A DNA stretch of 64,000 bases. Source: Piromyces finnis finn. Taxonomy: Eukaryota; Fungi; Neocallimastigomycota. The notes under the pieces were generated by a model. The model made no database searches. It was not told the DNA's origin and worked only from the letters and a program-made list of their open reading frames with translations. Within the stretch, counting starts at the first letter, position 1, and every line of letters begins with the position of its first letter. The stretch is taken from positions 248,001 through 312,000 of the forward strand of contig MCFH01000044.1 of NCBI GenBank assembly GCA_002104945.1, read 5' to 3'. This document shows, piece by piece, positions 16,709 to 32,264 of this stretch. The translations under genes and the position numbers were made by a program.

Positions 16709-19245
16709 ATTAATATTTATATTCTTTATTTGATGAAATTTAACTATATAAGTGAATTGTTTATTGATAATGTTATAAAAATATTAAATATTAATTACAT
16801 ATGTTTAAAATTAATAATATTTTTGATGTTTGGAAATACATACTAAAGATTTAAAAATGACAAAAATTTAGATATTATCTTTATAGAGTAAATTTTCTTT
16901 TTCTTATAATTAATTATTTTCTAAAAAATATAAAGTTTTTATTTTATTTTTATTTTTATATTATTTGTTTTCATCAATATATATTTAAAGAAAGAATATT
17001 TTCAAAAAGGCAATAACAATTCTTTCTTTTAAATATATACTTAGAATATGAAAATTTGTTTGACTTCGCTTATTCTAATTAAATAAATTAATAATATGTA
17101 TGTTATAAAACTATTTTATTTTTAATATTAATTTATTTATTTGTTTATAGTTTAATATTCTCTTTTTGTTTTTGTTTTTGTTTTTTTTTTTTTTTGTTTG
17201 TTTTTTTGTTTTTGATTGTTTGTTTGTTTTTTAATAATTTTTATTTACTATTTTTTTAAATTATTATTTTACAAAAAAAGCATTTTAGTAACGAATATAA
17301 AAAAAATATTTTAATTTTAAAAAAAAAAAAAAAAAAGAATAAAATAATAAAATGAAAAATTAATTTTAATTATTATAAAAACAAGAAATATAAATAAAAT
17401 TAATATAAACAATTATATTATAAATATATTGATTGACATATATTAATAAATTACTCTGTATATTATTATAAAACCAAAAATCTTCAATATAGATATATTA
17501 AATTTTTTATTATATTATGAAAATAATAATATAAAAAAATAAAAGGTATAATAACAACTTATATATTTTATTCATTAATGGTCTCTTTATTAATTTATTA
17601 ATATTTATAGGTTGTTAAATAATTATTAATTAGAAACAACATTATTTGCAAGGTTATTATTAGATTATTATGAAATTTTTATATTATTATTTGTTCTTCT
17701 ATTAATTAAAAACTATATTAAATCTATTAAAATATATTAAATAATATTAATATTTCATATAATAATATATTAAACATTATACTTCAAATTTAGAAATTTA
17801 AATTTAATATAATATAATCCAAATTCATGAAAAAAAACATAAATATAGGAAATTGCTTTATCGTTAAATCCAAATGATACTTAAAATTAATAATTCAAAA
17901 AAAAAAAATATTTTATTGAAATTCGACATTAATTATAAAGTTATATATTCCTTAATTGTTATTTAATGTTTATTTTTATTTATTAAATTTTATTACATTT
18001 TGTAATGCCAGTTGTAATACAGAAATTTTAATATTTTGAAATTTATTAAAAAAGATATTCTTTTTCAAAATTGGCATTTCTATTAAAATTTAATATATTG
18101 AATATATTGAATCTTAATATAAAAAAATAATAGTTAAGGGTCAGGTTACAAGTTTAGTTTCACAATTTATAATGAAGATTTTTCAAATTTATATTTTATT
18201 TTCCTCGGTTGAAATTTTGTAATATATATAATTTTATAATTTTTTATGTTTTTTTTTTTTTAAAAAAAATATAAGCATATAAGATATAAGCATATTATAA
18301 CAATATTTTTTTAATCTCAGTATTCACTATAAAATATTATTTAAAAATTTATTTGCATGATATTTCCTAAATATAAAAAAAAATAATAATAATAATAAAT
18401 TCTAAAAATCTTATTATTCTTTTCTTTTTTTCTTTTTTATTCATTGTTATTATAAATTACAATATGTATTTTTTTTTATATACATTTCTTGTTATTTGCT
18501 TATTTTTACAATGAAATAAAAAATTATATTTATTATTATATATAATTGAAAAAACTAATAAAAATAAGGTTAATTATTTTCAAATTAAAAATTAGAATTT
18601 ATATCCTAATATAAAATATAAAATATAGAAAAAGTATTATTTAAATCATGTTTCTTATGAAAATAAAATTAAACAAAATTTTGATAAAATAAAACTTTAA
18701 TAAAATTTTATTAATGTAAAGTTATAAAATACAAAAAATATTTATGGTAATATGATTTTATATGTTAATACCTCTTAAATAATCAAGAAATAAAAGTATC
18801 TATTAATATGTAGCATTAAAACAATTTATCATATATTATAAATATTTACATATAAGATATTATAGTATGATTTTATTTTGAAAAAAAAATTATTTGACTA
18901 AAAATGCTTAGACTTCACATTATAACTATTGTAATTACATTTTTAATATTGTGTAAAATTACAACATTTTTTTTTTTGCTTTATAAAATATTACATAAAA
19001 TTATTAAACATATCAAATATGTACAATCAATATATGTTTTTATACCTATACCTAAATATACATTTTAAACTTTTTATTAAGATTTGCCAATAAAAAGTTT
19101 AATCAAAAAAAGTTTGGTTTGAATATATATTGAATATGGCTAAGATGTATAAATATATAAATTAAAAAAATAAAATAATTTAAAATATACATCTTATATC
19201 AAAATTTGTGTATAGAAGATAATATAAAAAAAAGAGGATATAACA

Positions 19246-20832
19246 ATGAAAATTATTAGGCAAAAATATTTAAATAAAATAGGAATTCTTATCTTTTTAA
19301 ATTTCTTATTTTTAGTAGTTATATATATTAGATCTATTTATAATAATAAAAATAATAAAAAACTAAATGTATTAGAAAAAGATTTAAAAAAAATAATAAA
19401 TGATGCTGAAAAATATAAATTTGGCATAACTAAATTAAATAGCTATGATATTAATATAAATAAGATGAGAAAAACAAATTATAATGACAATATATCTAAC
19501 AATGTAAAAAAATTATTGAAAAAGTTAAATACTCCATTAACTAGTGAAAATTTTAACGAATTAAGAGATCGAGAAGAATTTCATACTTCATTGTGGTATT
19601 CTATATTTGGAACAATAAATTTGAATACAAAAAATAATAATATAGAATTGCAAAATTACAAAGAAAAATTAATAAACGAATCTTCTTTTCTTTCTAGTAA
19701 AAATTTAGATAATTTTAATATCTATAAAAAAATACTAGGAACACTACATCAATCATTATATCCCTGGCTTTATGGTAAAAAATTTAATACATTTGGTGAT
19801 CTAATGAAATCATTTAATGGAAGAGGAATTGTTATAAGCACTGGTAATAAACATTTTAGATATGCTAAAAGTACAATTGATATTTTACGTAATATACATA
19901 ATTGTACTCTACCAATAGAAATTATTTATAATGGAGATAATGATTTATCAAAAGAAAATCAAAAACAACTTCAAAATTTTAAAAATATTTTTCTAACAGA
20001 TTTTTCAAATTATTTTGATAATGACATTATTAATATTAGTGGTTGGGCTATTAAGCCATTTGCAATATTAGCTTCACGTTTTGAAGAAATAATTTTATTA
20101 GATGCTGATGTTCTTTATTTAAGAAATCCAGAAGAACTCTTTGAAGAAAAGGGATATATAAAGACAGGAACGTTTTTTTTCCGTGATCGTACATTATTTC
20201 CTGGATCTAATCCAGCTTCTGTTTGGTTAAAAGAATGGATGATTAATCCCCTTCCAGAGACAAGAAATTCTAGATTTTGGAATGAAAAAACATATCATGA
20301 AATGGAATCAAGTACAGTAGTTATTCATAAAACAAAAACAATTCTTGGATTATTAAATACATGTATTTTAAATGAACAGAAATATAGAGATGAAGTAGTT
20401 TATAAATTGGTTTATGGAGATAAAGAAACATTTTGGATAGGATTTGATATGGCTCGGCAATCTTATTATATGAATCCATCACCAAGTGTTTTCTTTGGTG
20501 AGATATTAACCAAAAAAAATAAAAAAAATGTAAAAAATAAAACGTTAAGATTTTGTGGCCATAATGGACATATGTTAGAAAATGGAAAACTTTTATATTG
20601 GAATGGTCATTTGATAAGAGATAAAAACCATGTAAATAGGTTTTCAAAATTAGTTAATTTTACTTCTTATTACATTGAAAGTAAACATAATAATTGGACA
20701 CCTGGTCTTTCATGTCTAAAATTAGAAAAAAATAAAATAAATAAAAAGTTAATTCCATTTGATCTGGAATTACGAAATACTTTTGATAAAATTTTAGAAA
20801 GAGAAAACCAAAACCACTATATTATATCATAA
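19246..20832 (+). CDS. Second GT71 (MNN1/MNT-family) mannosyltransferase-like type II membrane protein, intronless, 528 aa
   Basis: N-terminal TM segment, then GRGIVIS, LPIEIIY, KPFAILASRFEEIILLDAD, TGTFFFRDR, EMESSTVVIHK and GDKETFW. Clear paralog of 1307-2992. Confidence 0.9.
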   Translation: MKIIRQKYLNKIGILIFLNFLFLVVIYIRSIYNNKNNKKLNVLEKDLKKIINDAEKYKFGITKLNSYDININKMRKTNYNDNISNNVKKLLKKLNTPLTSENFNELRDREEFHTSLWYSIFGTINLNTKNNNIELQNYKEKLINESSFLSSKNLDNFNIYKKILGTLHQSLYPWLYGKKFNTFGDLMKSFNGRGIVISTGNKHFRYAKSTIDILRNIHNCTLPIEIIYNGDNDLSKENQKQLQNFKNIFLTDFSNYFDNDIINISGWAIKPFAILASRFEEIILLDADVLYLRNPEELFEEKGYIKTGTFFFRDRTLFPGSNPASVWLKEWMINPLPETRNSRFWNEKTYHEMESSTVVIHKTKTILGLLNTCILNEQKYRDEVVYKLVYGDKETFWIGFDMARQSYYMNPSPSVFFGEILTKKNKKNVKNKTLRFCGHNGHMLENGKLLYWNGHLIRDKNHVNRFSKLVNFTSYYIESKHNNWTPGLSCLKLEKNKINKKLIPFDLELRNTFDKILERENQNHYIIS

Positions 20833-21513
20833 AAACATAAAAGTAAATATATAAATATAATAAATAAGTCGGATAAGTCCATTATCCATTATATATGATA
20901 ATTCTTAATAACAACATTGTTATTGTTATCACATAAAAATTTTTACAAATAAGTTTATTGATACCCTTTATTTCTTTATTTTTTATTCATGTAAAAAAAA
21001 AATTGATATAATAAAAAAAAATTTTTTTTCTTCATTTAATAATAATAATAATATATATTATTATCATATAAAATAAACTTTTATAATTAAAACTTGTATT
21101 AACAAAAATTTTATTACACTTTTTTAACTATTGATAAATTATTTTTATTAATCGCAAATAAGTACTATTTTATATTTATAGTATATTTAATTATTATAAT
21201 GAATATCATTTAAATATGATGATAATATAAATATCAATATTAAATAATAAGTACTTAAAACTTAAAAAAGCACCATTAAAAGAGTATATTATAAATACTT
21301 ATAATTAACAAATTCAAAAAATAATTAAATATTAATAAATACTAGAATACTAAAATAATAAATTTAATATATTTTTTATATATTATTTAAAGGGTTAATT
21401 CTTTATAACTAATTTTGTAGAACCAATCATTTAATTTTAAAGATCATCCATAAAAATTAAATATTTTTTAAAAAAATATATTTATATATATAATTAATTA
21501 TATAAGTTAATTA

Positions 21514-21810
21514 GTTGGATATAGTGGCGAATATCTGTAAGCTAAGTTTCTGAGCAACTGAATGTAGGACGGTATGAGTTACGAGATTGTGATTTAGGAC
21601 TTTCTTATGTAGAGAGTCGGTCTTATTCAAGTACTGAGTTAACATTCGTTAAAGGATGTAGGTCCTTTGACAAGGTTATTAACGAAGTGGGTAATGCGTG
21701 AGGCTGGTAACAGAGCAGCGAAAACCACTCGCTTGGTACGGTGATTGAGATAGCTGGCTTGAGTAAGAACCTACTTCTGCTTGTAATAATAGTTATCGGA
21801 CGAATTTCTT
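21514..21810 (+). ncRNA. Signal recognition particle RNA (7SL/SRP RNA)
   Basis: GC-richer island of about 300 nt. Helix 8 TGAGGCTG-GTAA-CAGAGCA (GNRA loop, AGG/AGCA symmetric loop, 21699-21717). Helix 6 GTTAAAGGAT-GTAG-GTCCTTTGAC (GNAR loop). Helix 5 pairings TCTTATTCAAGT/GCTTGAGTAAGA, GTAGA/TCTGC and TTACGA/TTGTAA. Alu-like 5' end with GGATAT/ATATCT hairpin, TGTAA (UGUNR) motif and AGTTG/CAACT. T5 Pol III terminator at 21809-21813. Confidence 0.92.
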
Positions 21811-22090
21811 TTTATTTCATTAAAATATATTTAAACAAATTTAGTAATATGAAGTAGTAATATTTTAATTATTATTATTTTGTAATGTAATTTATATTGT
21901 TAATATATAGGAAAAAAAAATTTTTTAAAAGAAACAATATTTTATAATCATTATTAATCAAATGTAAAATATACTGTTAATCAAAATGATGATAATAGTA
22001 ATATATTTAATTTTTATTTCTATTTATTTTTAATTTCTATTTTACATCGTTTATATTTATATTTATTTTTTGTTTTATTTTTATTTTTTA

Positions 22091-22163
22091 ATTAATCTAT
22101 CTAAAATTAGAGATATTAAAATTATAATAATAATTTAATATCTCTAATTTTAGATAGATTAAT
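22091..22163. repeat. Perfect 30-bp inverted repeat with 13-nt spacer
   Basis: ATTAATCTATCTAAAATTAGAGATATTAAA (22091-22120) is the exact reverse complement of 22134-22163. Confidence 0.95.
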
Positions 22164-22431
22164 ATTTTTTATAATAATGATCATGTTATTTTTTTTTTTT
22201 TATAAAATTAGTAAAAACCTGAATTAAGGGTATTTTAAATTATTATTTCGTATATTTATCTTATAGTAAAAAAAAAAGAAAAGAAATTATAATTTAAAAT
22301 ATTGATGAAACTGATAATCCAAATTACATAATTAGTAAATTTAGAATTAAAAAATACAATTGTCTATTTTATCTATTATATAAAAAAAATTATGGAAAGT
22401 TTTAATTTTTTTTTATTTTGACTTAAAAAAT

Positions 22432-24961
<2,530 letters not shown>

Positions 24962-25929
24962 CTTTGAAGTAACATTAATTATTAATTTTTAATTTTTATT
25001 TTATTAATTCTAAATTCTCTTTTTTTTAAAACATTTATTTCTGTATAAATCCACACCTAAATGATTATTTCTTAATAATTATAAGAAAATACACTTTTTT
25101 TTTAGAAATTTTTTTTATACTATAAATTATAAATTAAATTTAAAACAAGCTTTTTTTTTACAAAAATGGTATTGTGTAATTTTTATTTTTCTATATAATA
25201 TATTATTATATAATAAAGTTTCATATAAAAAGTTTAATTAAACAATTAATTCTTGGTAAAACCTTAAATTATAGTAATTTAATTAGTGGATTTATTTTTT
25301 CTAAATTGTTAATATTTATGTAATTACGAAAAAGTTAAAATATTATTAAATTAGGTAAATACTATAAAAACAACATGATTTTTTATAATTTTCTTAATAC
25401 TGATTTAAATATATATAATAATATAATAATATAAAATTAAAATTGGCTATAAATAATTATTAAAATAAACATAAAATGTAATGAAATTATTAAGAATGTT
25501 GTTTTTTAAATTTCTTTTTATTAATAATAGAATTATCAATTTACTAATATTATTAATAACAATATATATATATAAAACTTTTTTGTAGTAAAATTTTTGT
25601 ACGCCATTAATTTTTTACTTTTTAAACTTTATGATTGACTAATATATTTTTTTTTTAAGTTTTATTATCCAATAAAATCAAATTATACTAATTTTAACAT
25701 TACACAATTCAAAAATGGGAATATTATAAAATATAGTTAAATATTACTAAATAATGAACTTTATTCTATATTATATTTTTTTAATATGATAAATGAAAAA
25801 TATATAAAATAAAGTATCCTTTTAATTATAAAATAAAAAAAAAAAAATAATAATATATATATAAATATATATAAAAAAATAATTTAATAAGAAGAAAATG
25901 AATGATAGTATAAAGTAAAAATAAGAAAA

Positions 25930-28128
25930 ATGTTATTGAAATATTTAGGAGTTTTTTTTTCAGCTTTAACTGCAATAAGCAATGGTAAAAATATTAGTAA
26001 ACCTAAATATAATAATTCATAAATGAGAATATTATTAAAAATATTTAAAATAATACTTTGTTTTTTGTATATAATAACAAATAATATAAATATTATAGCA
26101 AAAACATTTAATTTCAATGTTGTATCAATTTTAGGAGAAGGATATATTATGGGTGTTAAATATGATACTAATGAGATTCCTATTCCATTGACTTCAACAA
26201 CTTTTCCTTGTATATATTTTATTTAATTAATTTATTAAATGATTTTTACATTTATTAATGAATAAAAGGTTTTGAATCACAATTATTTATTTGTATTGTT
26301 AAAAATGTTTAATAATATTATAGTATTTAAGGGTTCAATTAGTGTTCCAACTCTTACTAAATATAAGTACGTTGCTTTAGAACCAACTACCAACAAAATT
26401 ATAGAGGAAGAAAAAATTTTAAGAACTTATACAGAAGAAAATTCAAAAGTTAATGAAGTTTATAATAGGTAAAGTATAATATTCTTCATATATATTATAT
26501 TTGATATTTTTAAAGGATGAAATTAAAAAAAAAATATAAGACTAAGAATATATCAATTAATTAATTTATTCATATAATATTAAAGAACAACAAAACTAGA
26601 AATAAATATACCAAAACTTCCAGAACCATTTAAGCCAATGTTCAAAATGGGTTCAAAAAATTTTAAACCATTCCCTAATGAAATATTTAATGTTTATGCA
26701 AAATGTAATGAAAACGATTATTTTGATGTGTCAAATCATCCATTTAATATAATAGACGGAAAAAAGACTGGTAATAATAAACTAGTAAATTGTACTTTTA
26801 ATATTGTTTCACCAACTACAACTTTTTCTAGTGATGGTACTCTTCATGTTATTGGATATGGAAGTCGTAGCTATAAAAAACTGTCTTTTGGTTTTAAATT
26901 TGATAAGAAATTTTTAGGAAGAAAAGCTGTAAAGATAAGAGCTATGGCTAATGATCCAACTTATGTTCGTGAAAGACTTTCTACTGAATTATTCAGAGCA
27001 GTTGGTGTTCCAGCTCAAGAAGGTGCTTATGCTAGACTTTTTATTAACGGTGATATATATGGGCTATACTTTCTTATTGATAGTATTAGTAATAGATGGA
27101 TTAAATCATATATTCATGGGGATATTAAAGCAAAAATTGGTGTTAGCTATCAGCTAATTTCATCTCAACCTAGTGGCCCATATTCTGATTTAAGATATAA
27201 GGGGGAAAATTACGAGGAATATGATGCAAATGGACCATATGCTCTTGATGAATATGAAAAAAGTGATTTTGCTCCAGGTGATGAAGCTTCTAAATGGAAG
27301 CCTTTAATTGATTTTACTAGAATGTATGATAATTGGATTAAAACATATGGAAACGATTCCTCAGATAAAGCTATCGAAGAACTTAAAAAATTCCTTAATA
27401 TTGAATCTACTCTTAGAATGATGGCTATTGAAGCATTGATTGTTTCACTTGATAATTTTTGGCTTGTATCAAGTAATACTGCCATATATTATAATCCTGA
27501 AAGAAAAAATTATCAATTTATTCCATTTGATTTTGATCAAACCTTTTTAGGTTCTAGGGATTTTATCTTTATTCCAAAAGATTATATGAATGATTGTATT
27601 ACTTGGACTAATGCAGCTGAATCTGTATATGAGCATTATTTCGTAAATAATTTATTGAGTCATCCACAGATTAAACAAAGATATGAAGTTATATTAGCTA
27701 AGGCTAGTAGAGAGGTATTTGATTCTGACACAGTATCATCTTATGTTCATGCTCTTGCTGATTTAATAAGAGAAGATGTTGAATGGAGTTTTAATTCAAT
27801 AGATTATTTAAATACAGAATATAAAGGATATGTTAATCATTATAATATAGAAGAATTTGAAGGAAATCTTGAATATTTACATGTTTCCTTTAATCAATCT
27901 ATTAGAGCTGAAGATACTGTATTTGGTATCAGAGAATGGGTAGAAAAGAGAGGTAATGGTTGTAGAGCCTCAACTGATAGTATTGATATTTCAAATAATG
28001 AAAATATATCTGATAATGTTAACATAGAGCCTTTTGTTGATTCCAAATCAGGAAGTAGTCGTATTTTAAATAATGATTTTACTATTTTTTTTATCTTTAC
28101 TCAATTCATTTTATTCTTTTTCATATAA
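25930..28128 (+). CDS. cotH: CotH-family kinase paralog 2. Exons 25930-25984, 26099-26209, 26324-26468, 26586-28128 (618 codons)
   Basis: GYGSRSYKKLSF, RAMANDPTYVRER, SLDNFWLVSSN and PFDFD, plus signal peptide and hydrophobic C-terminus. Splice phases 1, 1, 2 as in the paralogs. Confidence 0.9.
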
Positions 28129-28862
28129 AATAAAAAAGTAAAAAGAAAAAAAGTTATATAAAAATAATTATAAAAGTAATTAAAAAAGAAGCAATAAAAA
28201 TAAAAAATTGAAAATAATAATATCAATATACATAATAAAAAGATAAATATAAGAAAAATAATATTTATTATTTTAATATAAATAACAATAATTATACATA
28301 GTAATTAATATTTTAAAATTTAAATATTAAATATATACTCAAAATCAGATTGATTTTTTTTTATTAAAAATATTATACATAAAATAATAAAAATAAAAAT
28401 AAAAAAGTATTTGAATGCTTTATAAAAAATATATAATATTATTATAATAATATAATAATAAAAAACAACAATAAAGGTTAATATTAAAAAAAAAAAAGAA
28501 TAAAATTTTCTTTTTTAAATATATATGTGATATCGTATTATTTTATAAAACATAAAATTAATATTATAATTATAATATTATTAAAAGTTAGAATTATTTC
28601 AATATAATATACATACATCATGAATTTAAATATATTTAGTTATGAAAAAATATATTATATTAATATGAATAAAAATATATAATATTTTGATTACTTTTTG
28701 TATTATATTTACTGATATATATAAGTTAGTTTTAATTCTTTTTTTTTTTTTTTTTTACATATTTAAAATAATTTATTAATTTATATTTGAAAAATAAAAT
28801 ATTTATTTATTTATTAAAATATTTATTTATTTATATATAATTAATAACTAATAATAATTATA

Positions 28863-29497
28863 CTTAATATATTAAATTTTAAGTTCTAGTTTTTTCTTTT
28901 TTTTTTTTTTTAAATTAAATTATAAACTAAAGTTATTAATGAAATTACACAATTAATGATTTTTAGTTACACACAATATATTAATAAATATAATATATTA
29001 TTATTTAGGATTTATATTGTGAGACAAAATCATATATTCTTCTAACCCTAATATATTACATAATATATATAATATTGTTTATTTTTCATTTTTACTTTCT
29101 TTTATTCAAAAAAAAAAAAAAAAAAAAATATATATATAATCAATTATTCAAAAAGAATAATTGATATTAATGGTTTTTATTTAAATAATTAATTTTATTA
29201 AATTAAAAAGAAACAAAATAAAAAAATAAAATAAAACTAAAAAATATAGAAAAAATAAAAAAAAAAGTATTAAAACATAAAAATGAAAATAAAAAGAATT
29301 GCATTATTTTTTTCTACTATATTTGCTCTTGGAAATGGTAAAAAATTTAAATTATGAAAAGTTTATGTTTTAAATAATTTATTTTTAAATAAATAAATAA
29401 ATAAATAGATGGATAGATGGATAGATTGTAATAGACTACTTATAAACAACTCAGTATATTTTATTTTATTTCATATTTAATATTTATAATTTAAATA
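28863..29497 (+). repeat. Copy A of a local segmental duplication (cotH3 promoter, exon 1 and most of intron 1)
   Basis: Near-identical to 33245-33990 from about 29018 onward and more diverged upstream. Differences are mostly microsatellite length. Confidence 0.92.
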
Positions 29498-29651
29498 AAA
29501 TCTAACAACATTTCAATTATTAATTTTAATAGCAAAGAATTATAATTTCAAAGTAGTTTCACTTTCTGGTGAAAATTATAGTATTGGTGTAAAATATGGA
29601 AATGAAATTAAACCATTATTTTCTGATAATTTCCCATGTAATTTTTTTTTT

Positions 29652-29685
<34 letters not shown>

Positions 29686-31543
29686 TAGAAATAAGATTTT
29701 AAATTTAAATATATTAAAGAGTCTAATTATTTTCTATTATTTTAAATAAAAGTATTTACTGGAACTATTGAAGCTGATAATATTGATAAATATAAGTATG
29801 TTGTTCTTGATAAATCTGGTGTAACAATTGAAGAAGAAAACATTGAAAGAACTTATTCAGATGAATCAATAAATGAAGTTTTCAATAGGTAATAATTATA
29901 CTAAATAAGTTAATAACAATAATAGCAGAGTTATAAAATAGATTTTTTTAATTTATAAACAAAAAATTACTATTTATTTATTAAAAATATTTTATTAAAT
30001 AAGAACCAACAAAAAAGTTGAAATTCCGAAACTTCCAGAACCATTTAAAAGAATGTTCAGTATGGGCTCTGAAAAATTCAAACCATTCCCAAATAATGTA
30101 ATATATAATGTTTATGCTAAATGTAATGAAACAGATTATGAATATATTTCAAATAATGCATTTATTATGGATGGTGACAAGAAGATACGTAATGACAAGC
30201 ATGCTAATTGTACCATTACTATTATCTCACCGGATAATGTCTATCGTTCCACAGGATCAGCTTATATCTTTGGTTTTGGTAGTCGTGCTTATAAAAAGTT
30301 TTCATGGGGTATGAAATTGGATAAAAAGTTTTTAGGAAGAAAGACTATCAAATTTAGAGCTATGGCTTCTGATCCAACTCTTATTCGTGAAAAGCTCACT
30401 ACTGAATTATATAAATCTGTTTATGTTCCAGTTCAAGAAGGTACCTACGCAAGACTTATTATTAATGATGATGTCTATGGTTTATATACCATTATGGATA
30501 GTATTAATAAAAGATGGTATAAATCCTACATTCATGGAGACACCAAATCCAAAGTAGGATTTGGATATAAATTATTTTCTTCACCTCCAGCAGGACCATA
30601 TTCCGATTTAAAATACTTAGGTGATGATTATACACTTTATGATGATGTTGGTACATATAAACTTGATGTATATGACGAAGATACAATTAACATTGATGAT
30701 CGTGTTGCTCAATGGAAACCATTAATTGAATTTACCAAAATGTATGATAATTGGGTTAAAACATATGGTAATGATAATTCCGACAAAGCAATAGATGAAC
30801 TTAAAAAGTTTTTAAATATCGAAAACTTACTTAGATTATTAGCTATTGAAACTTTAGTAGTTTCTCTTGATGGTTTTTGGTATGTTATGAGTAATACAGC
30901 AATTTATCAAAATCCTCAAAGAAATAATTACCAATTTCTTCCATTTGATTTTGATGAAACATTGATTGGTAATAAAAACGATCCATTAATTGACGAGGAA
31001 ACCTATAAAACTGATTGTATTACCTGGGCAACCAAGAATGAAACAAGTTTTGAACATTACTTTACTAACAATTTGTTTAAGCATCCACAAATTAAGAATA
31101 GATATGATGTTATCTTAGGAAAAATTAGTAGAGAAACTTTTGCACCTGATAAAGTTAGAGCATTTATTAACAGCATAGCCGATTTAATTAGAGAAGATGT
31201 TCAATGGAATTTTGATGCTATTAAAACATTAGATATCGATTATGAAGGCGGATATATTAATCGTTTTACTTATGAAGAATTTGAAAAGAATCGTGAATAT
31301 GGACATCTTGATTATCAACCAGATATTAGAGCTAATGATGCTTCCTTTGGTGTTATGGAATGGGTTGAAATGAGAGGTAATAGTTGTAAAGCTTATACTA
31401 GTAATGTTAATTTAAATGATGATAAGTATATTTCTGATGATTACGAGGTAGAAGTTCCATTTTCGTCTGCTTCTAAAAACTTTATTGCAAAAATTACTTT
31501 AGTTACTGCATTATCTCAATTGTTAATCTTTTTCTTAATTTAA
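29283..31543 (+). CDS. cotH: CotH-family kinase paralog 3. Exons 29283-29337, 29533-29637, 29753-29888, 30004-31543 (612 codons)
   Basis: GFGSRAYKKFSW, RAMASDPTLIREK, SLDGFWYVMSN and PFDFD, plus signal peptide and hydrophobic tail. In frame after splicing. Confidence 0.9.
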
Positions 31544-31905
31544 ATTTGAAAAATAGTTCTGGATTTTGAATTTGAATTTAAGAAATTGTAGAAATAATAT
31601 TTAGAAAATTAAAATTAATTGTATTATAATACAAATAATTTTTTTTTTCTTCAGTGTATAATATAAAAAAAATATATTATTAAAAGAAAGTAATATATAT
31701 ATATTTATATTATAACATACATATTATAAATAACAACTAAGTTTAAAAAAAAAAATAGAAATATTTCTAAAGAAAAATAATAATATAATCAATAAATTTA
31801 AAATTTTATTTTCTTTATTAAAAAAAAGAAATAAAGTGTAATAAAAATAAAAATATATAAATTTACAAAAATATAATGATACAGGAATATACTTTAATTT
31901 TTATA

Positions 31906-32264
31906 TTTTATTTTATTTTATTTTATTTTATTTTATTTTATTTTATTTTATTTTATTTTATTTTATTTTATTTTATTTTATTTTATTTTATTTTATTTTA
32001 TTTTATTTTATTTTATTTTATTTTATTTTATTTTATTTTATTTTATTTTATTTTATTTTATTTTATTTATTTTATTTTATTTTATTTTATTTTATTTTAT
32101 TTTATTTTATTTTATTTTATTTTATTTTATTTATTTTATTTTATTTTATTTTATTTTATTTTATTTTATTTATTTTATTTTATTTTATTTTATTTTATTT
32201 TATTTTATTTATTTTATTTTATTTTATTTTATTTTATTTTATTTTATTTTATTTTATTTTATTT
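31906..32264. repeat. (TTTTA)n tract, about 360 bp
   Basis: Direct reading. Source of the FILFY spurious ORF. Confidence 0.95.

Noticed and set aside
30865-30900. cotH3 DGFW instead of DNFW as a sign of a pseudokinase
   Set aside because: The catalytic Asp and downstream Asn are intact, and DGF is, as I recall, the Bacillus CotH sequence.
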